Virus record (IMG/VR): IMGVR_UViG_3300029258_002856
Source: a virus
DNA length: 64,000 nucleotides
Strand: one strand, 5' to 3'
Of this stretch, positions 10,080 to 18,553 are shown in pieces (position 1 is the first letter of the stretch; every line of letters starts with the position of its first letter). A program made the translations under genes and the position numbers. The notes below the pieces were generated by a model. That model was given only the letters and a program-made list of their open reading frames with translations, made no database searches and was not told where the DNA came from.

Positions 10080-10113
10080 AAAAAAAGAGAGTGGGGCTAT
10101 TAACCCCACTCTC
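10080..10113 (-). terminator. Rho-independent terminator
   Basis: Perfect 10-bp stem GAGAGTGGGG/CCCCACTCTC (10087-10096/10104-10113) followed on the minus strand by a T-run, immediately downstream of the 10122-11183 gene. Confidence 0.8.
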
Positions 10114-10121
10114 AGTCGGTC

Positions 10122-11183
10122 CTACATATCCTCGGGCATGTCTTCCATGCTGCCGTACCCTTCGTCGTCCGAGTCGGTAGTCATTCCGGGTACATCCTCG
10201 TCGTCGAAGTCTTCCATTGCCCGAGCGGCCTGCCGATAGATGCGCGCAATGCCGGAGTAGATGAAGTCTCGCTCCGCCAGGGTGCACATCGCATCACAGA
10301 AGGGGTGGAGCTTTGTGTCCACCGTCTCGCCTTCGACAGGCTCGACTTGCATCACGTACCAGCGGCGGCTCTTGTCCTGTGAAGATTTCCGCTCTTCTGA
10401 TTTGATGCTGAACCACCGTGCCCATGGGACCTTGCCGCGCTTGACGAACTTCATCAGCTGCCGACCAGCAGGCTCGGAGGTGCGTTGGAAGCGCACCAGT
10501 ACAATGTCCTTCAAGTTTTGCGTGAGCATGAAGGCCATCACGTCGTTGGCGCACTCGTTGGGTTTGCCGTCTTTCCATGGCCGGTTGGGACAAGTATCGC
10601 AATCGCCGTAATGGGAGCCCTTGTGACGGTCCATGGAAGTGCACACCGGCATGCGCACGGCATTTTCCCCATCACGAGCGCCCCACATGGTTCGGCCTTC
10701 CCAGATGGCCAGAACCGCACCGATGAATTCCTTCCCCACGTTCTCTTTCGATGACATGTAGAACTGGCCGGGGATGGCAGTCTCGGGGCGGTTGGGGTCT
10801 GCTCCAGTTCCTTGGAACAAGCGGAGTTCCGTGAACTCCGGCTGGGTATTGGAAGAGAGAATCCCTTTCCGGTCAGGATTCATGCGTTGCATGATGTCCG
10901 AGATTGGGTCTTGCATCTCGTCGGGGAGCTTCCAGATGATGTCCCAGACTTTATCCTCGTTGAGCCCTTCGTGCTCAATCCGGAGGATTTTCTCTCCGTA
11001 TCGGTGGACAAATGATTCGTTGTTTTCTCCGTAGAGGGCTAGGAGCTTGGACCCACCAAACTCATCTGCCGTTTGGGCCAGTGCTTCGGCATTGGCCTCT
11101 TCTGTTTCGGTTTGTTCCTCCTGCTGCGGTTCTTCTTCCGGGACGGAATCGGGTTTGTCGTCTGCCTTTTTTGCTTTACTCAC
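10122..11183 (-). CDS. Hypothetical protein, possibly ssDNA-binding or annealing
   Basis: 353 aa, aromatic beta-rich core and very acidic C-terminal tail, located next to the exonuclease and primase. Function inferred from context only. Confidence 0.45.
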   Translation of the reverse strand: MSKAKKADDKPDSVPEEEPQQEEQTETEEANAEALAQTADEFGGSKLLALYGENNESFVHRYGEKILRIEHEGLNEDKVWDIIWKLPDEMQDPISDIMQRMNPDRKGILSSNTQPEFTELRLFQGTGADPNRPETAIPGQFYMSSKENVGKEFIGAVLAIWEGRTMWGARDGENAVRMPVCTSMDRHKGSHYGDCDTCPNRPWKDGKPNECANDVMAFMLTQNLKDIVLVRFQRTSEPAGRQLMKFVKRGKVPWARWFSIKSEERKSSQDKSRRWYVMQVEPVEGETVDTKLHPFCDAMCTLAERDFIYSGIARIYRQAARAMEDFDDEDVPGMTTDSDDEGYGSMEDMPEDM

Positions 11184-11299
11184 TTTTGCTTTCTCCTCTT
11201 ATTTCCGAGATGTTTCGGCAACTTGGGATAATAGCTCGGACTGCTTGCGCTGTCCAGACCTTTTGAGTACAGTCAGTGGTTAAGACAGGAGGCCTTACT

Positions 11300-12319
11300 A
11301 TGGACGACTTCTTCTCGGACCGAGTGTTCCGAGATTACTACGAAGACGTGGGCAAGCACCCTATCTTAACCGCTGCTGAAGAGAAAGCTCTACTGGTACG
11401 CTATAAAACGTGCCCTCATTGTAAACGACGTCTCCCTCATCGAGTACGTGTGCAGAACTGTCCTCGCTGCGCTACCGCCGCGCCGGAACGTAGCAACGGA
11501 CGCGTGTACGTATGCGAAAGATGTACGCTTCGATACGAAACGCACGTCAGTCCCAAGTACTGTCCGTCATGTGGTGCCGACCGCGATATGGAAGCGCGCA
11601 ACAAATTAATCGTTTCCAATTTGCGTTTCGTGATGACCACGGCACGCAAGATTACTAAGAATCCAATCCACGTCCAACGGCTCGTATCCGCAGGAAATCT
11701 GGGACTCATCATTGCAGTGGATAAGTTCGACCTAAGCAAGAAAACACGTTTCTTGACCTACGCCGCGTGGTGGATACGTAAGGAAATGATGGATGAGATA
11801 CACAACAGTCACCTGATACATATCCCTTCCCATAAGCAGAAAGCACATCGTCGGGCTCAGAAGTACGGAGTGTATGTCTGTAAACATTGTGACCTCCGAC
11901 TTGAGGACCCAGACATGCTCGACGCGAGTCTTAAACACCCATGCACGACGGGTACGCACGATTTCATGCTCGTCGACGAGAGTCCTTCCTTACATTCGTT
12001 TATGACCATCGACAACCTCCCAATTGCCGATGCCCATCAGAATATAGAAGAGACCACCATCGACTCCGACGTAGCGGGACTATTACACGCTGTGCTACAT
12101 CGGATACCCATCCGCGAGCGTGACCGGTTCATCATGATGCAATACTTCGACGTCGCCAAGGGCGAACGTCGCTCCCACAGTAAAAGTCTGCATCAGCTAG
12201 CCGCAATCACGGGCATCACGCCGGAGCGTGTGCGTCAGGTCAAGGAAGATGCCTTGAAATTCTTACGGCTGGAATTGGACCGGAAATGTGTGCGGAGTCT
12301 GTCGGACGTTTGCGCCTAG
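11300..12319 (+). CDS. Sigma70-family RNA polymerase sigma factor with zinc-ribbon insertions
   Basis: AGGAGG before ATG 11300. Region 1.2 YYEDVGKHPILTAAEE; region 2 SNLRFV...AGNLGLIIAVDKFD...RFLTYAAWWIR; region 4 SLHQLAAITGITPERVRQV. Confidence 0.9.
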   Translation: MDDFFSDRVFRDYYEDVGKHPILTAAEEKALLVRYKTCPHCKRRLPHRVRVQNCPRCATAAPERSNGRVYVCERCTLRYETHVSPKYCPSCGADRDMEARNKLIVSNLRFVMTTARKITKNPIHVQRLVSAGNLGLIIAVDKFDLSKKTRFLTYAAWWIRKEMMDEIHNSHLIHIPSHKQKAHRRAQKYGVYVCKHCDLRLEDPDMLDASLKHPCTTGTHDFMLVDESPSLHSFMTIDNLPIADAHQNIEETTIDSDVAGLLHAVLHRIPIRERDRFIMMQYFDVAKGERRSHSKSLHQLAAITGITPERVRQVKEDALKFLRLELDRKCVRSLSDVCA

Positions 12320-13239
12320 TCCTCGAACTCCATGATGCCCGCGGCTAGTTCGAGGCCCTGAAGGACGCCCTTGTAAAAGGCGTTCTTCTTGGGGCTGCGG
12401 GTCTTGACGCGGACACCCTCGTAGTAGTTGAGCAACTCGAGGGCCTTCGTCTTGCTGACCATGTTGAGTTCGTACTCGCCGTAGTCGGTGGTCTGGGGCT
12501 TGCGTCCGCTGCCGCTGCTGCTCTTGCCGGAGGCCGCTTTGCCTTTGCCCTTGCCCTTGCCGTCCTTGCCCTTGGCCTTCTTGGCTTCGGCCTTGGCCTT
12601 GGCTTTTTCCTCCTTGCGGTGCAAGTAGTGGGCGGTGACCTCTTCCAGGTCGGTGACGGTCATTCCCTCCAGGCATTTCTCGAAGAACTTCTCCTGGATG
12701 GTCATGTCTTCTTCTTCGTTCACGCGCAGAAGCTGGCGCGCGTGGCCGGGAGTGATTCTCTCATCCCGGAGGGCGCGCTGCATCTTGGCGGGCAGCTCGA
12801 AGAAGGACAGGTGCTGGCTGACGCTGCCCTCGGTCACGCCACAGGCGCGGGCGATTTCGCGGTTCTTCTTGCCGCTCTCGCTCAGCTCTTTGAAGACGCG
12901 AGCCTTCTCCATGGGGTTGTGGCCCTCCCGCTGGAGGTTGACCACGAGACTGTGGAGGTAGTCCTCCTCGGCCTTCCCGGTCTTCGGCGCGATACGGATG
13001 GTCTTGATTTTGAGGTCCTTCAACACCATGTAGCGCCGCCGCCCGTCCACGAGCAGGAACTTCCCACCCTTCTGCGGACGCACGAGCACTGGCGTCTGCT
13101 GGCCGCACTCCTTGATGGAAGTGGTCAGGTCTTTCAGACTCCCGGGCTTATCGCGGTTCCAGTATTCTGGCAGCACGATGTTTGCGAGGTCTGTTTCTGG
13201 GGGCACCGGTAGCGTGTTTTCGGTTTGTTTCTCCGACAT
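12316..13239 (-). CDS. parB: ParB/Spo0J-like protein
   Basis: GQQTPVLVR, LLVDGRRR (GxRR motif), ENLQR-like VNLQREGHNPMEKA, HTH EIARACGVTEGSVSQHL. Confidence 0.88.
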   Translation of the reverse strand: MSEKQTENTLPVPPETDLANIVLPEYWNRDKPGSLKDLTTSIKECGQQTPVLVRPQKGGKFLLVDGRRRYMVLKDLKIKTIRIAPKTGKAEEDYLHSLVVNLQREGHNPMEKARVFKELSESGKKNREIARACGVTEGSVSQHLSFFELPAKMQRALRDERITPGHARQLLRVNEEEDMTIQEKFFEKCLEGMTVTDLEEVTAHYLHRKEEKAKAKAEAKKAKGKDGKGKGKGKAASGKSSSGSGRKPQTTDYGEYELNMVSKTKALELLNYYEGVRVKTRSPKKNAFYKGVLQGLELAAGIMEFED

Positions 13240-13262
13240 TTTTGCTTCCTCCCTGTTGGGCT

Positions 13263-13562
13263 TTAGTCGTCGTCGGAATCGTACTCTAGTTCGTCTAGAA
13301 GTTTTTCTTTATCGATTAAGGTAAGGTCAAGTTCTTCAGGGGGAACACCCTCCAACACTTCTCCCAATGTGTGGAAGAGTTCCACGGAAAGGGGCTGAAG
13401 ACTCCGCGCGTCATTGTACACAATCATGTACAATGCACGGATAGTACGAAGCTGCTGTTCCGGGGGAACAGCTATTCTTCGAACGGCGCGGTTCCGCACA
13501 CCGGACATACTAGGACTCCCGTCTCGTCCTGGTTGCGAAGTTTGGCGTCGCATTTGGGACAT
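13263..13562 (-). CDS. Hypothetical protein (start uncertain, likely downstream of 13562)
   Basis: Protein-like acidic C-terminal half that fills the gap between co-directional genes. The 5' part overlaps the 13472-13627 ORF. Confidence 0.45.
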   Translation of the reverse strand: MSQMRRQTSQPGRDGSPSMSGVRNRAVRRIAVPPEQQLRTIRALYMIVYNDARSLQPLSVELFHTLGEVLEGVPPEELDLTLIDKEKLLDELEYDSDDD

Positions 13563-13627
13563 TTTGGCGTCTCGTCATCCGCAGTTTTCGGTTGCGTTTC
13601 CGCCTCCTCAACCCCGTACTTCTCCAT
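13472..13627 (-). CDS. 51-aa zinc-ribbon protein (below the ORF-track cutoff)
   Basis: MEKYGVEEAETQPKTADDETPKCPKCDAKLRNQDETGVLVCPVCGTAPFEE. The ATG overlaps the upstream stop (TAATG). Confidence 0.7.
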   Translation of the reverse strand: MEKYGVEEAETQPKTADDETPKCPKCDAKLRNQDETGVLVCPVCGTAPFEE

Positions 13628-14040
13628 TACTTCTCACCTCCTTCTCCCTCGGTCGGCCCGGGTTTCGGTTTCTTTTCCTTCCTCTTCGTCTTCTTCTCGG
13701 ATGGAGTACGTTCCAACCGGGCACAGATATCGTCGATGAGGTCACGTACCCGCGGCTTGCAACCGCGATGTCGCTTGGCGTTTTGCGGGTTCTCGCACAG
13801 GTTGTCGAGGGTGTCGACTTGGAACTTTTCGGGGTCGTCCCCGAGACGATGGAGGATGATGACCTCCGGGTTCACCTTCACGTCGAGCTTCTCGGCGTAG
13901 GCCTCCAAGTCAGCAATGGCAGAGGTCTTGACCTCATCTTCCTCGATGAGTTCTTGGGCCTCCGCCATGGTCACTTCGAGTGTTTTCGTCTTGGCACAAC
14001 GACCACACTCACGGTCCACTCGCATTTTCGTTGTTCCCAT
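13627..14040 (-). CDS. Hypothetical Cys-containing protein
   Basis: Start placed at MGTTK (14040), just after the amidase stop, with GGAG upstream. CGRC plus two further Cys; basic tail. Confidence 0.65.
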   Translation of the reverse strand: MGTTKMRVDRECGRCAKTKTLEVTMAEAQELIEEDEVKTSAIADLEAYAEKLDVKVNPEVIILHRLGDDPEKFQVDTLDNLCENPQNAKRHRGCKPRVRDLIDDICARLERTPSEKKTKRKEKKPKPGPTEGEGGEK

Positions 14041-14044
14041 ACTC

Positions 14045-15208
14045 TCACGCTCCTTGCTGCGTTGCTTCGATCCGCTTACACGTAGCGGGTCCGGGGATAC
14101 CATCCATCGTGATTTGGTCTTCGTAGTGTCGCTTGTTCCAATCGGCCTGGAATCGCTTCACCGCCTCGCGGGTCTTCGGTCCGAACTTGCCGTCCACCTC
14201 GAGCGGGTATCCCAAAGCCGACAAAGTAGACTGAACGTCACTGGTGCTCCAATTGATATCGTCATCGGCGTCATCGTCGTGTGTGGGCTCACCGTGCCCG
14301 TACTCAGGATTCTCCTCTTCTTCGTCGATGTCGTCGACCTCTACGATGTCACCTATAACATCGAGGGTCTCTTCGTAGTGCTGAATGAACGCGTATTCCG
14401 TAACCGGCAGCCGGTCGAAAGCGGCTTCGTTCACGTCTTCGAAGGGCCAGAGTGGCCCCATGTCCGGCTTACCCGCACGCCATTCTTGGTGCTGTGTCAT
14501 CCGGCTGGCGTGAAGTTTACCCTGTAAAGCTGTGATGACGATGCGCTTCAGAATGATGCAGTTCTCAATCTGGTCGACGGTGAACGGTTGCATCACGGAA
14601 TGCCCCCGGAAGGGAGCGTCCAATCTGACGGGGGGAAGCTCTTTTACCAAATTTTCTGGCAAAGGTTTGGTGTATTTGTTCGGCCAGTAACACCACTTGT
14701 CCTTGTGCTGGCGCAAGCCTCCCGCGTTGACCATCTCGATGGAAATGGAGTCGTTATTCCGTTTTGGCTCATGCCAGGACTTGTGCATGAGGGGAACGAT
14801 GTAGAACGGGAGCCCGTGGTGCGGCATCACGAAGTGCGTAGACGCACCGTTGTACTTCCCGTTGTCCTTCTTTTTTGCGCTGAACCAGTTCAAGGTCGAC
14901 CAGGCCGAAATGCCGGTGGTGAAGTGGTCGGTCCACCAGAGTTCATCCCGCTTCTTGAGGACGTTCTGGTTGCACTGCTTAGTGGGGTAGTACGCCGCAA
15001 GGTTCTTATTCTTCGCCAGAATCCTCGCATGTGAATCAATGAAGAGTGCGTTGAGACATTCGCACGCTTCATCTGGGCTAAGAGGGATGCCTTTGCGCAC
15101 CTTGTCCCAGATCGTTTCGACGAGAGCCTTTGCGGCCTTCTTTTCCTTCTTCACGAGGTCCCAGAATTTCTTCTGCGCCATGGATGTGTAGTTGGTGAGT
15201 TCCGTCAT
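14045..15208 (-). CDS. N-acetylmuramoyl-L-alanine amidase (Amidase_2) with C-terminal peptidoglycan-binding domain
   Basis: HFTT, STHFV, SWH...NNDSISIEMVN, HQEW...D zinc-amidase motifs. C-terminal VQSTLSALGY...DGKFGPKTREAVKRFQ...DGIPGPAT (PG_binding_1). Confidence 0.88.
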   Translation of the reverse strand: MTELTNYTSMAQKKFWDLVKKEKKAAKALVETIWDKVRKGIPLSPDEACECLNALFIDSHARILAKNKNLAAYYPTKQCNQNVLKKRDELWWTDHFTTGISAWSTLNWFSAKKKDNGKYNGASTHFVMPHHGLPFYIVPLMHKSWHEPKRNNDSISIEMVNAGGLRQHKDKWCYWPNKYTKPLPENLVKELPPVRLDAPFRGHSVMQPFTVDQIENCIILKRIVITALQGKLHASRMTQHQEWRAGKPDMGPLWPFEDVNEAAFDRLPVTEYAFIQHYEETLDVIGDIVEVDDIDEEEENPEYGHGEPTHDDDADDDINWSTSDVQSTLSALGYPLEVDGKFGPKTREAVKRFQADWNKRHYEDQITMDGIPGPATCKRIEATQQGA

Positions 15209-16164
15209 TTTGGCCCCCTACAGCGGCTGTAGTACCCACAGAATTTTTCAGTGCACACCCAGGAAGTAGGGTCGCACCGCGGAAAGATACCCTTTTTGAT
15301 GTAGTCGACTACTTCTTCCACGTCTTCGACCAACACCCGTTTATCGGTCACGTCACGTCTTGACTTTAACGGTTCGTAGCGTGTTCCGGTTTTCTGGTCA
15401 AGGAGCAAGTCGACACGAACACGGTCAGTGTTCTCAACGATGGCGTAAAACGTGAGTTGGGGTGCGTGACGTACTTTTTGTGGGGGCCATTTGCGCCCTG
15501 TCAACTTCAAGTCGGAGACAACTTCAATCCTCGGCGGATTCTCGGGGTCGTCATCAACGGTCAGCTCATCCTCTTCTACGCTATCCACCAAGTCGATGAA
15601 ACCTCGAACCGGCACTACTCCGATTTTGACCGCGAAGGCGTGCTCCACTTTGACGGGGCGTATCTTGGGAACTGCGTCTTGGTAGTAGGTCCGGAATGTG
15701 TAGAGGGTGCGGTCTTTCAAGAGTCCCAAATCGGTGCTCTTCTCGTCTTCCGCAAGTTCCACGTCTTCGATTTCTGTGTCGTACGCATCCGCCACGCTCT
15801 GCGTGGCATCTTCGAGGGGCAACGGCTCTCCGTGCTCAATGGTATGTTTGTGCGTGACCTCGGCCCCCTTATGCACTGCGCGACCGCGGGCCGCGGCAAT
15901 ACCAGGAGCCGAAATCAGGTTCTGGACGTACCGATAGGAGTACTGCCGGGGGCAGCGCCGGTACATGTCGAACTGTGAGGGGGACAGGACTCCTCGAGGA
16001 ATATCGGGGTCCGTAAAGTCAGGGGGGTAGTTGAATTTACTCTCGTAGTCTTTTCCCATGTCAATCCTCGTCGCCGAACTCGGTCCCAGGAGGGGGTGGT
16101 TCGTGACTTTCGGTGGGTCCGAGGGGCCGTACTCCGGGAACACCCGCGCGTGCCAGGTCTTCAC
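15205..16164 (-). CDS. Second PD-(D/E)XK nuclease, RecB-like
   Basis: LSPSQFDMYRRCPRQY, GRAVH, RGFIDLVD, SDLKLT, PQLTFY, C-terminal C..C..FCGY..RC. Confidence 0.8.
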   Translation of the reverse strand: MKTWHARVFPEYGPSDPPKVTNHPLLGPSSATRIDMGKDYESKFNYPPDFTDPDIPRGVLSPSQFDMYRRCPRQYSYRYVQNLISAPGIAAARGRAVHKGAEVTHKHTIEHGEPLPLEDATQSVADAYDTEIEDVELAEDEKSTDLGLLKDRTLYTFRTYYQDAVPKIRPVKVEHAFAVKIGVVPVRGFIDLVDSVEEDELTVDDDPENPPRIEVVSDLKLTGRKWPPQKVRHAPQLTFYAIVENTDRVRVDLLLDQKTGTRYEPLKSRRDVTDKRVLVEDVEEVVDYIKKGIFPRCDPTSWVCTEKFCGYYSRCRGPK

Positions 16165-16444
16165 TCTGCCCCAGGATGCTCCCCATAGAGGGGCTATCGT
16201 CGCTGACCTCGTGAGAGGGGCGAATTCCTAGCTCTTCAGTCTCAGAAGTCTCAATGGTTCGAACTTGTAGGGAATCGGTAGCAGTGGGCTTTGGCGCTAC
16301 CTGTGCCATTTCGCCAACACGCACATTCTTAATGGTGACGTAGAACGGACGTGTCTTGATTTCGATGTCTTCTTCTTTTAATTCGTACCCGAGACCTTTA
16401 CTCAGTAAAGCTAGGAGCTCCTTCTTCTCCAGTTTGATTTCCAT
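16061..16444 (-). CDS. Hypothetical protein
   Basis: GAGGG before the ATG, co-directional, protein-like N-terminus. The 3' end overlaps the next gene by about 100 nt. Confidence 0.55.
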   Translation of the reverse strand: MEIKLEKKELLALLSKGLGYELKEEDIEIKTRPFYVTIKNVRVGEMAQVAPKPTATDSLQVRTIETSETEELGIRPSHEVSDDSPSMGSILGQSEDLARAGVPGVRPLGPTESHEPPPPGTEFGDED

Positions 16445-18494
16445 TGTTCCCTCGTCGCTGCGTAGGCTTGATGAGCCCCGGTCGAGTAACGATGCGACCC
16501 ATCGCAGGGGTTAATATACACCCTTTAGTCCACGGTTGAATACCCTTTTCAAAACATTTTTCGTGTTTATCACAGAAAAGGCAGTTTATATCCTTCGTTA
16601 ACGTTTTTGCGATGTCTTTACGCCGGTCTAAAGCCGCAAGTTGTTGCCGCTCTAAAGACCCGCGTGCCAGCAAACGATACACCATTACCCGTGAGGTCTG
16701 CCCTAGACGGTAGTTACGTCCCCGCGATTGTTCCCAGTCTTCAAGCTCCCAGGTGCGGCTGTAGTATATCGTGTACGCGGCGGCAGTGAGAGTGATAGCG
16801 ATACCCGTGGATATCTGTGCCAGGTAAACGCGACAGTTTTTCTCCTCCTGAAATTCTTTTTTGTAGACGTGAACCTTTCCCGAATTCTTTCCGTCCACTC
16901 GGACGTGTCCCCATTTTTTCTTTCGCAACAGCGCCTGGATGTCGTCGAGTTCGGCCTCGTAAACCGCCCAGACGATGACCTTGTTTCCCTCTTCGCTCAG
17001 GATGTCCGTGAGCAGCTCCTCTAACGCTTTCAGTTTCGGGTTGCTTGGAAACCGGAGGGTCTCTCGCGCGCCCCAGTTCTTCAGCTCGTCTTTCTTGTGA
17101 CAGAGGGGGGTTCCTGGGTGAATCTTGTTGACGACACAATCGTTCAGGGTTTCGCAGTCGTCACAGACGTTCATCTCCTTGGGAGAATAGAGGAAACCAC
17201 TACATATTTGTAAGAGCTTCGTGATGCGGATGGCGCTGTTGTGTAGCTCGAGAGGTTCTGCGTTGTGGCGCTCTATCTGCATATCCGTAATGGCGGTGTT
17301 GTAGGCTTGCATCTGCTCGGAGGACAATTCGAACTTGATATTCTGGTCGAAAATGCCAGGGAGACCTTCGAGTTCTTGTTCACTGGAGACTTCGCGTAAC
17401 CGTCTGTTTAGGACGTGGAGGTTCTTATACCCGATAACTATCTTGTCGTTTCGAGGCGAAACTTCTGTATAAGTCTGCCCGAACGTCTTCCAGTTTTCCG
17501 GGAAGATGTACCGGGCGAGGGCCTTCATCTGGGGGAACATATCCCGAGGGTCGCCGAGAGTGATGGTGCCGGTCAGCCACACTCGACGCGGTAACAGTGT
17601 CGCTAGCTTCAGGACTGCGCGTGTTCTCTTGCTCCGGATGGATTTGAAACGGTGTGACTCGTCCGCAATCAGAAGTTCAATCGGCAAATCACTCAGCCAC
17701 TGGATGTCATTCCCCACGAGGAGGCGTACCTCTTCGTCTATCTCTCTGGTTTTACGCCCCCGTATCCATTCTTGGGCCAGACGAGCTTGAAGTTTGCGGC
17801 TATTTGTACGCCGTAAAGCTTTTTGTAGTTTCGGGGTTGGGTAGAATTTTGCCTTCTCGAAGAGTTCTGCGGCCTCTCGGTAAAGGGTGGGGGTGCCGTA
17901 GCGCGCGGCCACATCGTAGGAGACTATGAAGATGTCTACGTCTGACTGGTCGGCTAGCACATCGAGTTTGGCCTGGGCGGAGGAGCCCAACATCTGAGCG
18001 GTGCTGAGAGTCCCTTCCGTGTGCATCTGTGTCTCTTCTGCCCAGTTCATGATAGCCACGACCGGACAGAGCACGAGGGCTCGAGCCTTGAGGATGTCAA
18101 CGGCGTCGACAGCGACTTTCGTTTTGCCAGTACCCATGGCCCAACGGAGCACCCAGCGGTGATTATAGAGTATCTCCGCTAGCCCTCTTTTTTGGTGTTC
18201 GAGGGTCGAATCCTTGTACGGACCTTTGAACTCGTAGGCTTCAACGAATTCCGTTTTCTCCTCTAAAGTTCCAACGCTCGCAATCCACTCGGCGGCTTTA
18301 GCCGTAAACGTTCCTTCTTTATGGACAACTTCAATATCGTGTAGTACTTTTTCGAGAAACGGTGGGTAAGCCGGAAAGAACCAACAGCGAGTTTTCTTGT
18401 CGTACGTTGCCCCATACACACGGAACCACTCGGCGTCACTTCGCTGCACCCGGAAGAGCGGGATTTTGTTTACGAAAACTGTGTCGATTTCCAC
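16398..18494 (-). CDS. SNF2-family helicase
   Basis: AMGTGKT (motif I), LLIADESH (II), LTGT (III), KVIVW (IV), GIAITLT (V), QSRGRNYRLGQ (VI). Cys-rich insert. GTG start with AGGAG. Confidence 0.88.
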   Translation of the reverse strand: MEIDTVFVNKIPLFRVQRSDAEWFRVYGATYDKKTRCWFFPAYPPFLEKVLHDIEVVHKEGTFTAKAAEWIASVGTLEEKTEFVEAYEFKGPYKDSTLEHQKRGLAEILYNHRWVLRWAMGTGKTKVAVDAVDILKARALVLCPVVAIMNWAEETQMHTEGTLSTAQMLGSSAQAKLDVLADQSDVDIFIVSYDVAARYGTPTLYREAAELFEKAKFYPTPKLQKALRRTNSRKLQARLAQEWIRGRKTREIDEEVRLLVGNDIQWLSDLPIELLIADESHRFKSIRSKRTRAVLKLATLLPRRVWLTGTITLGDPRDMFPQMKALARYIFPENWKTFGQTYTEVSPRNDKIVIGYKNLHVLNRRLREVSSEQELEGLPGIFDQNIKFELSSEQMQAYNTAITDMQIERHNAEPLELHNSAIRITKLLQICSGFLYSPKEMNVCDDCETLNDCVVNKIHPGTPLCHKKDELKNWGARETLRFPSNPKLKALEELLTDILSEEGNKVIVWAVYEAELDDIQALLRKKKWGHVRVDGKNSGKVHVYKKEFQEEKNCRVYLAQISTGIAITLTAAAYTIYYSRTWELEDWEQSRGRNYRLGQTSRVMVYRLLARGSLERQQLAALDRRKDIAKTLTKDINCLFCDKHEKCFEKGIQPWTKGCILTPAMGRIVTRPGLIKPTQRRGNNGNQTGEEGAPSFTE

Positions 18495-18517
18495 GACTGG
18501 CTCCTGTATCCTATGAT
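18489..18517 (+). promoter_or_regulatory. Sigma70-like promoter (portal operon)
   Basis: TTCCAC-N17-TATGAT, preceded by CC like other members of the motif family. Confidence 0.5.
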
Positions 18518-18553
18518 TTGATGACGAGGTTGTTCACGTAAGGAGACCCTACG

